The position numbers and the translations under genes were made by a program. This document shows, piece by piece, positions 51,690 to 53,930 of a DNA stretch of 53,930 nucleotides. The DNA is from an uncultured Ignavibacteria bacterium. Lineage in GTDB: Bacteria; Zixibacteria; MSB-5A5; SM1-73. The notes beneath the pieces are model-generated. The model was not told the DNA's origin and did no database searches. It was given only the letters and a program-made list of their open reading frames with translations. The stretch covers positions 1 through 53,930 of the forward strand of contig CAYMNI010000001.1 of NCBI GenBank assembly GCA_964391755.1, given 5' to 3'. Every line of letters begins with the position of its first letter. Position 1 is the first letter of the stretch.

Positions 51690-52830
51690 GATCCTGGCTT
51701 GTCCGGCGTGTCAAACCACACCGCTGGAGATGCAGGTTCGTACTCGCCGTTGCGAGGAGATAGTCCAAGCCGACCTTTTGTGTCCGCGCTGCCGGGTTTG
51801 CTATCCGGTGAAAGACGGCATCCCCATCATGCTTACCCATTCGGACAGGCAGAAGTTACAAGAGATGACCGACTCAGAGTCGCAGAATAAACATACCGAG
51901 GTGAGGGATGCCAACATAACCTACTATGATGCCGTGGCCGAGGTCTACGATGACGAGGTGGAACAAACAGTTCATCAAAGCGAATCTAATCAGCGCAGAA
52001 TGGACCAGATCGTGGAAAGCTTAGCTCGGAAGACTAAAGGAAACCTGTTTCTGGATCTGGGCTGTGGTACCGGCAACGTCCTTAAGCTGGGTCAAAGGCA
52101 TTTCGGAAGAGCCATCGGGGTTGATGTCTCTTTGAACATGTTGAAAGTGGCAAGGCGGAACGGTCTGGAGGCGGTACAGGCGGATACTCTGTTTTTGCCT
52201 TTCAAAGCCTCGGTCTTCGACGTGGTCTCCGTCTTCTCGGTGTTGCACCACATCTATGACTACCATCTGGTGTTCCGGCAGGTGAGCAGGGTTCTGAAGG
52301 CCGGCGGGTATCTGTATTCGGATTGGGATCCTGTCAGGAAACCTCTGCCCACCGACCGAAAATTCGCATGGGGAATCTACCAGCTGGTACACGGCGTGTT
52401 CGAAGGCATCCGACCGCTGAAACACAAGCTCAGGCTTGTTCTAAAGACGCAGGATTCCAAGAGCGACCCGGTCGACTTCGCTAAGATCAGGCCGGATTTG
52501 ATGGAGACTCAAGCCAAGGCAGAGTTCCATAACATAACCGACAAATCCCGGAGGGGCTTGGATTTTTCCACGGTCAAAGGTCAACTGGAAGCTCAGGGGT
52601 TCGGAGAGATTCAGTCCACTTATCACCAGTCGGGTTTGAGAGTAGACCAGCTAAGCGGAGTGCCGTCTTTGAAGGCCCGCCTATTGGCCGGTTTGGGTTT
52701 CGATCCCGAGCCATTCCTGGAGAACATACAGATCCTGGCAAGAAAGGGAACCGGCAGCCAGATGCTGTCCGCTGCTTTATGCCCGGATAAACCTCAGGAC
52801 AAATCGACATCGGTTCTTCGACATGAATGA
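51670..52830 (+). CDS. Trm112-like zinc-ribbon domain fused to a class I SAM-dependent methyltransferase
   Basis: 386 aa. N-terminus LIEILACPACQ...LLCPRCRVCYPVKDGIPIML (Trm112p/UPF0434 pattern), then motif I LFLDLGCGTGNV and post-I/II blocks (AIGVDVS, FDVVSVFSVLHHI, LKAGGYL). Confidence 0.8.
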   Translation: MKESLIEILACPACQTTPLEMQVRTRRCEEIVQADLLCPRCRVCYPVKDGIPIMLTHSDRQKLQEMTDSESQNKHTEVRDANITYYDAVAEVYDDEVEQTVHQSESNQRRMDQIVESLARKTKGNLFLDLGCGTGNVLKLGQRHFGRAIGVDVSLNMLKVARRNGLEAVQADTLFLPFKASVFDVVSVFSVLHHIYDYHLVFRQVSRVLKAGGYLYSDWDPVRKPLPTDRKFAWGIYQLVHGVFEGIRPLKHKLRLVLKTQDSKSDPVDFAKIRPDLMETQAKAEFHNITDKSRRGLDFSTVKGQLEAQGFGEIQSTYHQSGLRVDQLSGVPSLKARLLAGLGFDPEPFLENIQILARKGTGSQMLSAALCPDKPQDKSTSVLRHE

Positions 52831-53930
52831 GCATTCGTCACACAAACAAACAAGTGCCTTTCCGACGGAAGGGACAGGAGAAAGCCGGGCCAGAGTCATA
52901 CTGAAAAACTCCGGCGCCCTGGGGGCATCCACAGTCCTGGGGAAGTTCTTCTATTTCCTCCTTTTCATTCTGATCGGGAGACACTTAGGCCCCGGCGAAC
53001 TGGGTAAATTCACCTTCGCTCTGTCATTCGTGGCCATGTTTGCCGTGATAAACGACCTGGGATTGAACATCCTGGCAGTCCGGAACGTGGCCAAAGATAA
53101 GGAGTTAGCGGGGAAGTACCTCAGCAATCTGGTCACCCTTAAAATGGTGCTGGGGCTTTTTGCCTTTGCCTTCACCATGCTCCTGATCAAGCTGATGGGT
53201 TACCCTTGGGATAACGTCAGGCTGGTTCTCTTGATCGGAATGGCAGCACTTCTTAACACCCTTTCCGGCGGCATGAGGTGGCTCTTTCATGCTTTTCAAA
53301 AATTCGAGTATGAGTCGATGATCGGCATCGTCCAGAATCTTCTGTGTTTCGCTTTGGGGTTCTCGGCCGTCTTCTTGGGCCTGGGCATATACGGTGTGGG
53401 ATACAGCCAGATTCTGGTGGGAGTGGTGATTGTCTTGTTCTCTTGGTTTGTGATTAAAAAAAGATTCATACCGGTGAAGGCAAAGATCGATTGGAGCTTC
53501 TGGAAGGAGATTCTGAGACAATCCGTCCCCTTCGCTCTGATGCTGGTCTTCACCGGCTTGTATGTCAACGTGGATACGGTGCTTCTCTCCAAGATCAAGG
53601 GCGATCAGGTGGTGGGCATATACGGCGCAGCCAATCGTCTGGTCCAGGCAGGTAAGATGATCCCATCGGTCGTGGTTCCGGCCCTCTTTCCCATGATGGC
53701 CAGCATCTCTAAAGCAAGCCGGTTGGAGTTCAATAGATTTCTGGAGAAATCGGCCGTTCTGATGTTCGGCTTGGCTCTCCCTTTCTCGGTGGGAACCACC
53801 ATTCTGGCCGGTCCGGTAATCAACCTTATCTACGGAACCGAGTTTGCCGGGTCCATCCCCTGCCTTCAGATCTTAATCTGGGGCATGTTCTTCATGTACG
53901 TCAGCATAGTCTTGGGCTACGGGCTGATCT
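52823..53930 (+). CDS. Wzx-like oligosaccharide/polysaccharide flippase (MOP superfamily); C-terminus beyond the right window edge
   Basis: Not in the ORF track (no stop in the window). My translation from the ATG at 52823 (8-nt overlap with the previous gene): MNEHSSHKQTSAFPTEGTGESRARVILKNSGALGASTVLGKFFYFLLFILIGRHLGPGELGKFTFALSFVAMFAVINDLGLNILAVRNVAKDKELAGKYLSNL...VGIYGAANRLVQAGKMIPSVVVPALFPMMAS..., a multi-TM Polysacc_synt-type pattern. Confidence 0.8.
   Translation, partial: MNEHSSHKQTSAFPTEGTGESRARVILKNSGALGASTVLGKFFYFLLFILIGRHLGPGELGKFTFALSFVAMFAVINDLGLNILAVRNVAKDKELAGKYLSNLVTLKMVLGLFAFAFTMLLIKLMGYPWDNVRLVLLIGMAALLNTLSGGMRWLFHAFQKFEYESMIGIVQNLLCFALGFSAVFLGLGIYGVGYSQILVGVVIVLFSWFVIKKRFIPVKAKIDWSFWKEILRQSVPFALMLVFTGLYVNVDTVLLSKIKGDQVVGIYGAANRLVQAGKMIPSVVVPALFPMMASISKASRLEFNRFLEKSAVLMFGLALPFSVGTTILAGPVINLIYGTEFAGSIPCLQILIWGMFFMYVSIVLGYGLI

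Noticed and set aside
1-53930. Search for tRNA, rRNA, tmRNA, RNase P or SRP RNA, mobile elements, and phage or defence genes in all gaps longer than 150 nt
   Set aside because: I could not spot cloverleaf-compatible sequences, conserved RNA signature boxes, transposase/integrase/recombinase ORFs or flanking terminal repeats. The window reads as core chromosome. A covariance-model scan (tRNAscan-SE, Infernal/Rfam) would be needed to be certain.

Overview
Chromosomal segment of a bacterium, probably an uncultivated member of the FCB radiation (Fibrobacterota-Chlorobiota-Bacteroidota and allied candidate phyla). The assignment rests on type IX secretion (T9SS) hallmarks set among housekeeping genes: a 1949-aa SprA translocon, a PorV/PorQ-family barrel, two secreted proteins with type-A T9SS C-terminal sorting domains, and a glutaminyl-cyclase-like lipoprotein. 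I call 40 protein-coding genes, two of them cut by the window edges. By eye I found no rRNA, tRNA, CRISPR array, transposase, integrase or phage gene. Layout: (i) 1-4254, minus strand: archaeal-type HMG-CoA synthase / thiolase / DUF35 trio, then an MccB-like carboxyltransferase. (ii) 4474-12009, minus: membrane protein, T9SS-sorted HExxH metalloprotease, PHP phosphoesterase, fused formimidoyltransferase-cyclodeaminase, argF, hisS. (iii) 12364-22924, plus: stand-alone ACT-pair protein, murB, sprA, QC-like M28 lipoprotein, comEA, rsmD, coaD. (iv) 23047-37372, minus: a 13-gene co-directional run of ftsE, ftsX, envC-like, holB, ricT, metG, tatD::radical-SAM fusion, rsmA, an unknown 611-aa beta-barrel, two paralogous lipoproteins, pdxJ and a second ACT-pair protein. 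(v) 37762-49702, plus: orphan substrate-binding protein, sensor kinase, CheY-like receiver and receiver-kinase hybrid, then a TonB-dependent barrel, an 883-aa T9SS-sorted FN3 protein and a PorV-family barrel. (vi) 50226-53930, plus: start of a glycan/EPS cluster (FAD oxidoreductase, Trm112-methyltransferase fusion, Wzx-like flippase). The best candidates for something undescribed are: the TBDT + T9SS cargo + PorV-paralog trio with its upstream sensing module; the barrel + two-lipoprotein operon between rsmA and pdxJ; the TatD::radical-SAM fusion in a conserved translation-gene neighbourhood; and the archaeal-type mevalonate-entry cluster with its odd AT-rich inverted-repeat spacer. All functional calls come from my reading of motifs in the translated ORFs; no database search was run. 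Small motifs that I located by counting bases may be off by 1-2 nt.
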